Source: a virus. Taken from it: a stretch of 64,000 nucleotides of DNA. The notes beneath the pieces are model-generated. The model saw only the letters and a program-made list of their open reading frames with translations, made no database searches and was not told the origin of the DNA. The stretch lies in IMG/VR virus record IMGVR_UViG_3300045988_179622; one strand, 5' to 3'. This document shows positions 39,843 to 50,859 of the stretch, in pieces (position 1 is the first letter of the stretch; every line of letters begins with the position of its first letter). A program made the translations under genes and the position numbers.

Positions 39843-41027
39843 TTATGTATTATATACCTTAATTTCTACTTTAAACGGAGCCCAGTTATCGACTTGGTGT
39901 TCTAATATATCTTGTAAGAGAACCTTGGCTTCATCTACTGGTATTTCTTTTGACACTCTAAAGCAAAACTCATCGAACCTATAGTAATAGAAATGGATTT
40001 TATCTGATAAGCCTCTTTTATTAAACTCATTATTTGCGTGTTTTAGCATAATAGACATTATATCGGAGGCTGTTCCTTGAATTGGTTTATTTATGCACCT
40101 GTTGGTAGTTCTTCTACCATCTTCTTCTAACCTTGTCCCAAAGAAGGTCTCTTGTGGAACTATTCTTTTGGATGCTATATAGGCGTAATTCTTATATCTC
40201 TTTATCTCTGGTATTGAATTAAAGTATCTATATACCCTATCTACCACTTCATCTTCTAATCCACAACCACAGTCCATTAGGCTATTCAATGTAGCTCCAT
40301 AAAGTAACATAATCCATAAACCTTTAAAAGCCTTTCTTTCTACTACTGTTACTAGGGGTTCTTCTTCTTCTTTTTCTTCACCTTCTCCTCTTTCTCCCTC
40401 GCCTTCTCCTAATATTGCTTTGCTTAATTCTGTATAAAAATCTGTATTTGGTTGTGCTAATAAATCGTGTAATGCTTTTGCACCCATAACCTCTGCATAG
40501 ATTAATGGTTCTTGATTATGTATATCTACACATACCGTATATTCCTTATTACTATTTAAGGGTAATATGCTTTCATTTGGTAGCTGATGTATGTTTGGAT
40601 TTTTATAATATATCCTATTTGTAGCTGATATACTAATTTTGGGGTAAACCAACCCCTTTTCCTTTCCTTTATAAACTAAGGAACATAAAGAGCGTATTTC
40701 TTGTATGTCATTTGCTATCTGATGCCCTTTTTCAGCTAACCTACTTACTTCCGTTTTACCTAACTTAAATCTGTCTTTGAAGCATATTATATAGTCGGGG
40801 TGCATATTAGCCCTAAACCATTTCTCTAGTTCTTTATTACTTCTTGCATTTATACCATAATCTTCTTTGAATCTTTCTAACTTTTGTTGTAAGCTATTTT
40901 TTAATTGTAAAGTTTCTTCCTCTGTATAAACACTTCCTATCCTAATACCTGCCTTTGCACTCTCGTTTATACACCTGTACAGGTATCCTATATCAGGCTT
41001 GTCCTTTAAACTATCTATATGGTACAC
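39843..41027 (-). CDS. family A DNA polymerase, polymerase (palm/fingers) domain only
   Basis: ISATNRIYYKNPNIHQLP (the TGRLSSxDPNLQNIP of Pol I), motif A CVDIHNQEPLIYA, motif B RKAFKGLWIMLLYG, IQGTASDI, and motif C YRFDEF. No exonuclease motifs. Confidence 0.65.
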   Translation of the reverse strand: MYHIDSLKDKPDIGYLYRCINESAKAGIRIGSVYTEEETLQLKNSLQQKLERFKEDYGINARSNKELEKWFRANMHPDYIICFKDRFKLGKTEVSRLAEKGHQIANDIQEIRSLCSLVYKGKEKGLVYPKISISATNRIYYKNPNIHQLPNESILPLNSNKEYTVCVDIHNQEPLIYAEVMGAKALHDLLAQPNTDFYTELSKAILGEGEGERGEGEEKEEEEPLVTVVERKAFKGLWIMLLYGATLNSLMDCGCGLEDEVVDRVYRYFNSIPEIKRYKNYAYIASKRIVPQETFFGTRLEEDGRRTTNRCINKPIQGTASDIMSIMLKHANNEFNKRGLSDKIHFYYYRFDEFCFRVSKEIPVDEAKVLLQDILEHQVDNWAPFKVEIKVYNT

Positions 41028-41112
41028 TTTTTTCCTTTACCACCTTTACTCTTTACTGTTATTTATTCCTAATTTATCTTATCTATCTATCTATAGACCC
41101 CTTTGATTTAGC

Positions 41113-41913
41113 TTAAAGGGTCTTATATAACGGTAAAGGTAAAATTGACTTCTGATATTTTTCTAGTGTTCTACATACAGTTGCTACCTCCATACTAGCT
41201 AAATTAGTTACCTCATCTGTAACCGTATTTAAAAACGGTCTTGCAATTCCATTAACTTTCCTATACAGATAAACATTATCTAATACATATTCTGTATCTG
41301 CTACTCTGAACTGTACAGGTAAAATTTCGCCCCTTGGTGTAAGCCTTAAACTTACACCACTTATCTTGAACTTCTCTCCATATGCTTCTGCTGGGTACTG
41401 TAAGTCTGGAATATTTACATTTGTCCCGTAACTTATCAATACTGTACAAAGTATTTGCTTGTTTACTACCTTTACTTTGTAGCCTACTAATGAACCTAAT
41501 CTTGACTTTAATTCTATTCGAAGATTTCTATATAAATCTTTATTTGTAAATGGTAGCACAATCCAATTATCCTGTAACTGCATTAACTTTACTACAGCTC
41601 TTTTCTGCTCCTCTACTGTGTATTCCTCTGCTACCATATAATCTAATAAATTCTTCTTTAATTCCTCAAACTGCTTCTCTGTAAACCTCTTTATTGTCTC
41701 CACTTTTCTACTTGTAAGTATCTGTGTGGGATTGCAAGTAAACCTATAGTCTAATCCATTTATGTATAGTGTTTCTGCTCCTGTTTTACCTTTGCTCTCT
41801 CCCTGCACCTTATACATCTCATTCTCTGCTAAGTATCTTAAAATCGCTTCTCCCTTAGCTCTTGTTGTTACTGTTATCTTATTCTTCTGCATATTCTTTC
41901 TTTCCTCCATCAT
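41113..41913 (-). CDS. hypothetical protein in the replication module
   Basis: 266-aa ORF. Confidence 0.4.
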   Translation of the reverse strand: MMEERKNMQKNKITVTTRAKGEAILRYLAENEMYKVQGESKGKTGAETLYINGLDYRFTCNPTQILTSRKVETIKRFTEKQFEELKKNLLDYMVAEEYTVEEQKRAVVKLMQLQDNWIVLPFTNKDLYRNLRIELKSRLGSLVGYKVKVVNKQILCTVLISYGTNVNIPDLQYPAEAYGEKFKISGVSLRLTPRGEILPVQFRVADTEYVLDNVYLYRKVNGIARPFLNTVTDEVTNLASMEVATVCRTLEKYQKSILPLPLYKTL

Positions 41914-42020
41914 CTTGCTTACTTATATTATTACTATTACAGCTATCTATCTATCTATCTATTTATATTACTTATTCAGCTATTTTCGCTTATTTGCTAT
42001 TATTCTCTTATTCTCTTAGC

Positions 42021-43628
42021 TTAGAATAAATTATCTAATTGCTCTATTGCTGTAATTTCACTTTCATTTTTATTGTCATTGTCATTGTCATTGTCCTGTT
42101 GTTCCATATTTACACCCATAAACTTAGCTCTATTATTATTACTATTACTATTACTATTACTATTTAATTCTTTAACACTCGCTTCATAAACTTCATGCAC
42201 AAACTTACTCTGCTTCTGTGATACTCTGCGTGTACTGTGTACGGTTTCTATAATCTTAGAATGGAATAAATATTTTCGACTTGACAATAATGTTGCTAAT
42301 TTATCCTTATTCCCATAAACATAATCTACTTCAGCTAATATTCCTTCGTTGCCTAAACCCTCTACTGCTTTCTTTAAATACTGTATCTGTGCTATTGTCA
42401 ATACCCTTGTTTTACCCTTTTTAGCAATATCCTTGGCTCGCTCCATAAACTCATTCGCAGGTGTTATATTCTCTAATTTGGATATTAATTTCATTATCTC
42501 GGCACTATTCTTTATAACTACTCCATCTGTGCCTTCTTTTTGAACTGCCACTCCCTGATTTTCTCTCTCTTTTTCCTTTTCTCTCTCCCAAAACTCTATA
42601 TCCTTTTCAAAACCTTTTTGGAAGTCTTCTTGCTCAAAAATTGACATTAGCTCTGTTAAACAATCTAAAGACTCCTGTGTTAAACCTTCATATACAATAG
42701 TGTCTTCAAAATCAAGTATATTCTTCTTTTCCTCTGTCTTTCCTGTTAGCATCCAATGTATAATCTCGTACTCTGGCTTTGTACTTTTATATATATCTTT
42801 AAAATGCCTTCTATATTCAAACTGTTTAAAAAATTTATGTGCTTGTTTAAGTAAGTCTACACTACCTAAAACTATTTTTTCATTATCTTTATCTTTATCT
42901 TCATCTTTATCTTTTAAACTTGGACTTCCTTCTCCTCCACTTGATACTATAGTATCTAAGCATACGGCTGTTAAAAATATATCTCTATATTCCTTTACTT
43001 TATCTAGTAAACTAGCATATTCCTTTGACTCCCTACATTTATTGTAGACTCCTAACATATAATCTACTCTATAATATCTATATAACTTATCCATTCCTAA
43101 ATATGATGGACTAGATAGAGGTAAACCTATTGTATCTCGTAACTCTATATACTTCCTTAATACCTCCACTTGTTGCTTTCTTAGATACTTCTCAAATACT
43201 TCTAGCAACAAGTCTAAATTTGAATACCTATTCTTAAACCATTCTGGCTTTCCATCTGTTTTTGTATATGCAAGCCATTTTAAATCCTCTATATACACCG
43301 TTTCTATCTTCTTTAATAATGTGTATACTTCTTTGTCATACCTATCTTCGGCATCTCTTAGTGTTATGTATACGGGATTTCCGTTTTCTATTAAACTAAA
43401 CTGTATATTGGCTACTCTACCTGTAGCTTTACTTACAAAACCTAATTTCTTCGGTCTGTATTCTATACCCTGTAACTCTAGCTCATTGTTTATTACCGTC
43501 TTGTACAAACTCTTATATGCGTTTATATACTCTATTTCTGCACTACTAAACACCTGTAATAAACTATCTCTATTTAAGCCCTCTTTAAACTTCCTATATC
43601 CCTCTGCAATTTCTCCATATATTTCCAT
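42021..43628 (-). CDS. hypothetical protein (535 aa) with an (NS)n tract
   Basis: Large ORF. NSNSNSNS coded by (AATAGT)n at 42130-42175. Confidence 0.45.
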   Translation of the reverse strand: MEIYGEIAEGYRKFKEGLNRDSLLQVFSSAEIEYINAYKSLYKTVINNELELQGIEYRPKKLGFVSKATGRVANIQFSLIENGNPVYITLRDAEDRYDKEVYTLLKKIETVYIEDLKWLAYTKTDGKPEWFKNRYSNLDLLLEVFEKYLRKQQVEVLRKYIELRDTIGLPLSSPSYLGMDKLYRYYRVDYMLGVYNKCRESKEYASLLDKVKEYRDIFLTAVCLDTIVSSGGEGSPSLKDKDEDKDKDNEKIVLGSVDLLKQAHKFFKQFEYRRHFKDIYKSTKPEYEIIHWMLTGKTEEKKNILDFEDTIVYEGLTQESLDCLTELMSIFEQEDFQKGFEKDIEFWEREKEKERENQGVAVQKEGTDGVVIKNSAEIMKLISKLENITPANEFMERAKDIAKKGKTRVLTIAQIQYLKKAVEGLGNEGILAEVDYVYGNKDKLATLLSSRKYLFHSKIIETVHSTRRVSQKQSKFVHEVYEASVKELNSNSNSNSNNNRAKFMGVNMEQQDNDNDNDNKNESEITAIEQLDNLF

Positions 43629-43640
43629 TGGCTTTTTCTG

Positions 43641-46289
43641 TCACTTCCATTCTGCTATATTATCTAGTATTTTACCTAATTGTCCATTTGGTACTGGTAC
43701 TCTATCTAGTGTCTTATTCCCTGTTACCCCTATATCTAGCGTGATTACATCTTTCTTCGCTTTCTTTATTAACTTACTCACATTTGGATTTACTACATTT
43801 GTTTTACTTCTGTTTAATACCCAATAAACACTATCTAGTGCAAATCCATAGTGTGCTAGTTTTAAGCACATTCCCCTCACATCACTTACTTCATTTTGTG
43901 TGACTACCAAAGGTACTGTGCTTGCTCTAAGTATACTTGTTACCACAATATCTGTTAAACTGTTACTCATCCCTAATTTTCCTAAATCTATGATTATGTA
44001 GTCATATTTAGTTGCATATGCTGTTAATAACCCTCCTATATCACTTGTTATTAACTTTGGAAGTAGCTCAGGTGCATATAAACCACTAAAGTAATCTAAC
44101 CTCTTTACCTGTCTCGTCTCTACATTCTGTACTATATCCTCTAATATACTGGTGTTTGTACTATCTACTCCCTTTGCTAAGTAATACCCTAGACTAGTGC
44201 GTTGCATTGGTTCTTGTAAGTCTAATTCCAATATAGGGTTCTTCTGCATATATTTATCTAACTTTGGACTGTCTAAGTCAAAATCCATTACTAACACATT
44301 CCCTAATGTTAAAGACTTGGCTATACTTGCTGTTATGTTACTTACTCCATAACTACCTGTCCCTATTACTGCTATTATCTTAGCTTGTCCTGTGTATTTA
44401 CATACCATATTCCCTGCTTGTCCTGCTAGTTGCTTATAATATGCTACACTCTCTTTTAATTTCGTGTTTTCGTTCTGTATCTTACTTATGCTTGTCTTTG
44501 CATTTGCTACAGCTCTTATATCGTCTAACTGTTCTTGTAACTTTATCTCTAACTGTGATACCCTTTCCTCAGCCTCTTTCTTCTGAGTTTCTATTACTTC
44601 TTTTTCACTAGCTAAACTATCTATTTCCTTTTTTGCAAGCTCTAGCTCTTTTTTCGCTTCATTTAAACTTGCTTCTTGTTCTACCTTATATACTGAAATG
44701 CTTTCATAGTCGTTCTGTATCTTCGCTTTACTTTCCTTTAACTGAATATTCTCATTCTCTAAATCTGTATATCGGCTCTCTCTTTCCTCTAAATATTTAT
44801 TCCTATCCTCTAACTCCTTGACTGCCTCCCTTACATTTCTTTCTCCTATGTTTTTCGCTTCAGTTAAACTTACTCGTAACTCTTTAATTTCTTCACTCGA
44901 TTTTTTTACTCTATCTTTCTCTTTTTCATATCTTTCTTCTAACCCTTTTTTCTCACTCTCTATCTTCTCTATTTTATTATTTAACTCGTTTAAACTATCC
45001 CTTAAACTATCTATCTCTTTATTCGCTCTATCTAACTTTGTTTTTAGCTCTACTCTGTTTTCTTGGAATATATCTAACTGTGCAACTGCTTTTTTCCTTG
45101 CAGTTGTTTCTTCTGTTAAACGCTCCTCTAAATCCCTATTGTCCTCTGTTACAAGAGATATTTTGGTTTCTAAACCACTTACTTTTGCATCACTATCACT
45201 AAGTTGCTTTCCTATTCTCTCTAACTCAAACTTTAAACTCGCTACTTCTTTTTCTTTTCGCTGTATTTGTTGCTGTAACTGTATCTGTATTTGTTGCTCT
45301 TTCTGTTGTTTTTCTTCTTCTTCTTTCGCTTCTTCCTCTTTTATACTTCCTCTTTCACTTTCACTTTCACTTTCACTTCTCTTTTTATATTCTTCATATT
45401 CTTTTATCTTCTCACTTAAGTCTTTTTCACTTACTCTTGCTCTATCTAACTGCTGATGTAAACTATCTATCTCTGCGTTTAATCGCTTAAACTCTAATTC
45501 TATTTCTGTATTATTATTATTATTGTTGTTGTTGGTAGTAGTAGTAGTAGTTTTATTATCGGTGTCTACACTAACACAAATATCTTCATTTTCTTCAGCA
45601 TCTTCTTTATTTAGGTTCTTTTCTGATAAACTATCTTTTTCGTATTTCCCTAATACCCTATTGTCTTTCTCGTTTTCGACTTCTACTTCTACTTCTTTAG
45701 TTTTGACATCTGCTTCTACTTCGGCTTCTGTTTTAACTTCTGTGTTTATATCTATATTTGTACTAGAAATATGCTCTAATAAGGCTGTTTCTGTGTCTAT
45801 CCCTGTCACTGTCCCTGTCTCTGTCCCTGTTTCCGTTGTTGAACCTGAACCTGAAACTGAACCTGAAACTGAACCTGAAACTAAATCTATGTCCAAATCT
45901 AAGTCTAAACCTAAACCTAAATTGTCCTCTCTTTCAATTCCTTTGACAGCACTATGCTCCGTATCTGTACTCTGATAAACTAATTTCTCTATCTCTGCTT
46001 TATCTGAAGTACAAATGTCACACATTTCTACTAAGCCTTCTAACTCCTCTTTTGCTATCTTCTCTGTATAAACATATATAGGGACAGCCTTTTCTCTTAA
46101 CTTGTTAAACAACTTCTTTGCTATCCCTTTTTCTATTTCTTCTGTATGCTCCACTATAAGTGTCGCTCTATACTCTGCCTGCTCCATTAACTTCTCTACT
46201 TCTTTATATGTCAAAGCTCTCTGACACTTTACTTGGGGTAGGTAGAGCATTACTTTATTCCCTACTTTGAATATATATTCCAAATTCAA
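43641..46289 (-). CDS. large coiled-coil protein with a degenerate MinD/ParA-like (TadZ/CpaE-like) C-terminal domain
   Basis: N-terminal receiver-like region, about 400 aa of E/K coiled coil, then KIIAVIGTGSYGVSN (degenerate deviant Walker A) and VLVMDFDLD. Confidence 0.45.
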   Translation of the reverse strand: MNLEYIFKVGNKVMLYLPQVKCQRALTYKEVEKLMEQAEYRATLIVEHTEEIEKGIAKKLFNKLREKAVPIYVYTEKIAKEELEGLVEMCDICTSDKAEIEKLVYQSTDTEHSAVKGIEREDNLGLGLDLDLDIDLVSGSVSGSVSGSGSTTETGTETGTVTGIDTETALLEHISSTNIDINTEVKTEAEVEADVKTKEVEVEVENEKDNRVLGKYEKDSLSEKNLNKEDAEENEDICVSVDTDNKTTTTTTNNNNNNNNTEIELEFKRLNAEIDSLHQQLDRARVSEKDLSEKIKEYEEYKKRSESESESERGSIKEEEAKEEEEKQQKEQQIQIQLQQQIQRKEKEVASLKFELERIGKQLSDSDAKVSGLETKISLVTEDNRDLEERLTEETTARKKAVAQLDIFQENRVELKTKLDRANKEIDSLRDSLNELNNKIEKIESEKKGLEERYEKEKDRVKKSSEEIKELRVSLTEAKNIGERNVREAVKELEDRNKYLEERESRYTDLENENIQLKESKAKIQNDYESISVYKVEQEASLNEAKKELELAKKEIDSLASEKEVIETQKKEAEERVSQLEIKLQEQLDDIRAVANAKTSISKIQNENTKLKESVAYYKQLAGQAGNMVCKYTGQAKIIAVIGTGSYGVSNITASIAKSLTLGNVLVMDFDLDSPKLDKYMQKNPILELDLQEPMQRTSLGYYLAKGVDSTNTSILEDIVQNVETRQVKRLDYFSGLYAPELLPKLITSDIGGLLTAYATKYDYIIIDLGKLGMSNSLTDIVVTSILRASTVPLVVTQNEVSDVRGMCLKLAHYGFALDSVYWVLNRSKTNVVNPNVSKLIKKAKKDVITLDIGVTGNKTLDRVPVPNGQLGKILDNIAEWK

Positions 46290-46626
46290 ACCCTCACTTA
46301 AATTTATTTTATATTGACTCTATCTCTATCTCTATCTCTCTCTACTAAACTACTTAATAATATACTTAAACCTCTACAATACATACATAAATAAATACCA
46401 ATAAACATACTAAAATAAATTCATTAAATATATATTGTCTGTATTCTTAGTTCTTTTCTCTACCCTATAAGCATTAAATGTCCCCCTCTTTTACATATTT
46501 TCAACTAAAAAAGACAGGAATTTATATCCTGTCTTAAAAAATTTTTCTGATTTAGTTTTGCTTACTTCAATTCAACTTAGCTTAACTTAACTTAACTCAA
46601 CTCAACTCAACTTAATTTAATTTAGT

Positions 46627-47298
46627 TTAGTTTATGTATTCTACACTTTCGCCTGATTTTGCTCGACTATCCTCTCGTATAATAGATATTAATTCTGATA
46701 CCCTACTCCTAATTGTTATCTTCTGTTCCATACTTGGTAACTCTGGTAACTTTAGTTTTGTATAATCTAACATAGGAGAATATTTTTCATACTGTGTATC
46801 ACTTACCTTATATGTTTCTCCTGTTCTCTTTATCTCCTTTACTGTCTGTGGGAAGCCATCAAACTCTACCCACCTAATCATATCAGTATCATAACTTCTA
46901 TTATCATATTTCATATATTGCTTAGTGTAGAAAAATAACACTTTCTTGAATACACCATCACATACGCTTAGTAATTCTTGTATGTCCTTTCGTGCTTTTC
47001 CTGTATATAGCTCGCCCATTCCTTGTTCTATGATAACTAGCCTTACAGCTTGTTTATGTGTAAGCATATAAACATTTACATCATCTATGTTATAATAAAC
47101 TTTCTCTGCATATATTCCTTGCTGGGCAAAATATTCCGTTAATAATCTGTTCGGACTCTCTGTTAAGATAACTAAACTAATATCCCCAGAGTCTACAGGT
47201 ATTCTATTAGCCTCTATCTGCTCCTCTATGCTCTGTGGTGGTCTGAAATACCTTTTAATTACTTGTTTTACCTTTTCAAGCATATATTTTCTATTCAC
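46627..47298 (-). CDS. hypothetical protein
   Basis: 223-aa ORF. Confidence 0.4.
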   Translation of the reverse strand: MNRKYMLEKVKQVIKRYFRPPQSIEEQIEANRIPVDSGDISLVILTESPNRLLTEYFAQQGIYAEKVYYNIDDVNVYMLTHKQAVRLVIIEQGMGELYTGKARKDIQELLSVCDGVFKKVLFFYTKQYMKYDNRSYDTDMIRWVEFDGFPQTVKEIKRTGETYKVSDTQYEKYSPMLDYTKLKLPELPSMEQKITIRSRVSELISIIREDSRAKSGESVEYIN

Positions 47299-47644
47299 CT
47301 TACCTTATTTATTCATTCATTAATTAATTCATTCATTTACTCACTTGATTAGTTGGTTTCGTTCTATCTATCTATCTATCTATCTAATCAATCTAATTTC
47401 TCCATTCTTGTTCCGTTGTCCTTAAAACACATTTCCACAAAGACTTCTATCTTTTTGTGTCCCTTGACAATATTGGTATTTTCCTTTTTCCTTCTGTTCC
47501 TCAAAGGTTTTACTACATTCACATACCCCATTTACAATATCTAAATATTCACATACTTCATCTTTAATGTGCTTCATCTTTATTTTTTTCCTCCAAAAAT
47601 CTGTTTATATTCTATTTTGTTTGGTTTACCTATCTATTTTTCTT

Positions 47645-49522
47645 TTATTCTAATTTACCAACTAATTCTGCAAACTCATTTCCTGTCATTGTCTCTTTTA
47701 ACAACAACTGCTGTGCTAATTCTTCCAATAAACTCTTATTATCAATCAACATTTCTTCTGTGCTTTTTTTTAGTTTCTTTAGTAGCTCCTCTACCTTCTG
47801 TTCGGAATTATATAACCAGTTAGCACTACAAGTATAATTACTACTCCCTAAGTAATTGCTTGGTGTCATTCCACTATATATTGTATCGGACATACCATAT
47901 GTAAGCACATATCTCTTAGCTATTGCTGTGGCTTGCTCTAAATCATTTGATACTCCTGTTGTCGTTGTCCCTATAAATAGTTTCTCAGCACACATTCCTG
48001 CTAACGATACACTTATTTGATTTTCTAAGTCCTCTGCTGTTTGTAAGTGCTGTTGTTCTTCTGTAGGCGTATGCAAAATATAACCTAATGCACCATTTGT
48101 TCTCGGTACTATACTTATTTTTGATAGCGTATTTTTTCCTGATAACTTATATTGTGTAAATGCGTGTCCTACCTCGTGATATGCTATCATTCTTCTTTCT
48201 TCTTCACTTAATGCTATACTCTGTACTTCCTTACCTGTAAGCCTTACCTCAAAAGCAGAATATAAATCACTCTCATCTACTTCGTTATTTCCTCTCTTTA
48301 ATGCAATAAAAGTAGCTTCATTGACAATGCTCTGTAAATCTGCTCCTGATAAACCAGCACTTATTACAGCTAAATGATGTACATTTAAACCTTCTTTACA
48401 TTTAATTCCCTTTAAATGAACTTTAAGTATATCTTCTCTACCTTGTACATTAGGTAATTGCATAACTACTTTTCTGTCAAATCGCCCTGGGCGTGTAAAT
48501 GCTGGGTCTAATTCCTCTGGTCTATTTGTTGCTGCTATTACAACTATGCTAGAACTCTCCGTAAATCCATCCATTTCCTTCAGTATCTGTGTTAATGTAC
48601 TATCTCTCTCTGAATTACTGTCTGATGTTCTGCGTTGTCCTACACTATCTACTTCGTCTATAAATACTATACAAGGACTGTTTTTTCTAGCTTCACTAAA
48701 TAAACTCCTTACTCTTGAAGCTCCCACACCCACAAACTTCTCTACAAAGTCTGAGCCAGCTACTTGTATGAAATTTACTCCTGCTTCACCTGCAACTGCT
48801 TTAGCTAATAATGTTTTTCCTGTTCCTGGAGGTCCGACTAATAATACTCCTTTTGGACTTTTCGCTCCTATTTCTCTATATTTTTTAGGTGCTTTTAAGT
48901 AATCTACTACCTCCTGTACACTCTCTATTGCTTCCTCTTGTCCTGCTACATCGCTAAACCTTGTACTTACACTTGTGCAGTCTGTTTTCTTTACTCTATG
49001 TGGTAACATATTCTGTATTAGTATAAGTAACAATAGTAGGGGGAATAGTATTCCTAAAAACTGCATTATGACCATTAGAAGACCTTTTCCATTACTATTA
49101 ATATCCACGGTTCTATAGAACTTTACATTGTGTTCTAGTAGTTTGTTATATACATCTTCATAATCTAAATATCCACAACTTACTTTCTTTCCGTCTTTTA
49201 ATGTGATTTCTAGGGTCGTTGTCGTAGACTTTGTGGCAAAATTACACTCAGCTACTTTATCTTGTTCGATTAAAGATATAAACTCTGAATATCCTATCTC
49301 TGTTGGCTGTAAAGTTGTTGTATTTGTACTTGTTTCTGCTTCTTCTGCTTCTTCTTCTGGTGTTGTTATTGTCGTTGTTGCTGTCGTTGTCGTTGTCGCT
49401 ACTCCTACTACTGACTCCTTAACAGTAGACTCGGCAAATACATTACTTATAATACAACAGATAAACAGCATTGTTGTAATTATTATCTTAAATAACGGCT
49501 TAGTTACATTTCTCTTATACAT
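47645..49522 (-). CDS. ftsH: FtsH-like AAA+ zinc metalloprotease
   Basis: N-terminal TM segment, Walker A GPPGTGKT, second region of homology, and HEVGHA zinc site. The extracytoplasmic region carries a poly-Thr linker. Confidence 0.8.
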   Translation of the reverse strand: MYKRNVTKPLFKIIITTMLFICCIISNVFAESTVKESVVGVATTTTTATTTITTPEEEAEEAETSTNTTTLQPTEIGYSEFISLIEQDKVAECNFATKSTTTTLEITLKDGKKVSCGYLDYEDVYNKLLEHNVKFYRTVDINSNGKGLLMVIMQFLGILFPLLLLLILIQNMLPHRVKKTDCTSVSTRFSDVAGQEEAIESVQEVVDYLKAPKKYREIGAKSPKGVLLVGPPGTGKTLLAKAVAGEAGVNFIQVAGSDFVEKFVGVGASRVRSLFSEARKNSPCIVFIDEVDSVGQRRTSDSNSERDSTLTQILKEMDGFTESSSIVVIAATNRPEELDPAFTRPGRFDRKVVMQLPNVQGREDILKVHLKGIKCKEGLNVHHLAVISAGLSGADLQSIVNEATFIALKRGNNEVDESDLYSAFEVRLTGKEVQSIALSEEERRMIAYHEVGHAFTQYKLSGKNTLSKISIVPRTNGALGYILHTPTEEQQHLQTAEDLENQISVSLAGMCAEKLFIGTTTTGVSNDLEQATAIAKRYVLTYGMSDTIYSGMTPSNYLGSSNYTCSANWLYNSEQKVEELLKKLKKSTEEMLIDNKSLLEELAQQLLLKETMTGNEFAELVGKLE

Positions 49523-49620
49523 TTCTTTTTCTTTTAGCTCTCTTTCTTTTTATTTTATTATCTATCGTTTTAGTTTTATTTTTAGTTTTGTTTCTTTCTA
49601 CATATATCTATCTCTATCTC

Positions 49621-50859
49621 TTATCTTGTTATTGAGAATACTATCCTACCTGTTTCTCCATTTGTAGAACTTGTATCTCCTCCACCTGTCATCTCTCCTA
49701 ATGAATTTTCTAGCTTGTATTTATTCGCTTGTCCTGCTAGGGCTTCGCCCTCTGCATTAGCATCTTTATAACCTCTTGCACCAGATACTTGCTTTCCACC
49801 GTCCCATAGCATTTCTTCATCAGTCACTCTGTCTGTGTTCGGTGTATATTCACCACTTACCTCTCTTTCTGCACCATATGCACCACTTAGCATCCAAGTA
49901 GCAAATCTTCGCCAAGGTGTAATTCCTTCATACCTTATAGGTACTTTATATGTCAAATATGCTACCATTGCATACCTTTCATTATCTATAGAGTCTTGTA
50001 TCTCTGTATCTGTATTTGTTAAGGCATTGTCACTAAATACCTCTCCTGCACTTATATGCAATGTATCTGAATAAACTTTCATATCTTCTTCTGAGTTCAT
50101 ATCTAACAGTTTATAATTTACCTGTACCTCTAACTCGTCTATGTAAATTCGAAAACCTTTCCATAAGATATACACACCTTTATTATCTCTGTGTAGATTT
50201 GTTATTGTCTGCTTTGTTCCATTTGTCCCGTCTAACAATCCACTTGTTGCTTCACTATCTAAGTTTGCTATATGCTTACCCTCACTCATTAGCTCTGTTA
50301 CCATCCATTTAGACATTCCTGTTATTGTGTTAGGCTCTAGGTATGGTATCCCTAAGTTCATCGGTGTATAGTGATAGTCTCTATATATTTCTCCGATAAA
50401 CGAATCTTGAAGTAAATAATTCAAGTTTATAAAATAATCTTTGGGCATTACTACACTTCCTGCAGTATTTGTTACTCCTGTTCCGTTTGCAAACTGCTGT
50501 ATTGTATACCCTGCATTACTATATAAATAATTCCATATAGCTTCCTCAGTCGTATTTCCACCATATATTTGATTAGCAACATTTAGAGTTGCTCCATTAT
50601 ATCCACTTGTATAGGTATCATCACTACCTTCCTTTGTGCCATATAGTATTGGAAAATAGGTTTGTGGGTTTCCACACCTTGCAAAGCTCTCATCAGAAAA
50701 AAGTAAACAAGATTGGTAAATTCCTGTTTTCATATATCCCTTAATTCTATGTGCATTTGTCTGTACATTTAAGTATTCCAACACCACCGTACATAAAGTC
50801 ATTACAAGAAACATTATGAAAAATACCCTAAATACATCTCGTACTACCTTACTCGACAT
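49621..50859 (-). CDS. membrane-anchored or secreted protein (possible TadG-like or pilus-associated)
   Basis: N-terminal hydrophobic segment and position at the end of the tad-like cluster. Confidence 0.35.
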   Translation of the reverse strand: MSSKVVRDVFRVFFIMFLVMTLCTVVLEYLNVQTNAHRIKGYMKTGIYQSCLLFSDESFARCGNPQTYFPILYGTKEGSDDTYTSGYNGATLNVANQIYGGNTTEEAIWNYLYSNAGYTIQQFANGTGVTNTAGSVVMPKDYFINLNYLLQDSFIGEIYRDYHYTPMNLGIPYLEPNTITGMSKWMVTELMSEGKHIANLDSEATSGLLDGTNGTKQTITNLHRDNKGVYILWKGFRIYIDELEVQVNYKLLDMNSEEDMKVYSDTLHISAGEVFSDNALTNTDTEIQDSIDNERYAMVAYLTYKVPIRYEGITPWRRFATWMLSGAYGAEREVSGEYTPNTDRVTDEEMLWDGGKQVSGARGYKDANAEGEALAGQANKYKLENSLGEMTGGGDTSSTNGETGRIVFSITR

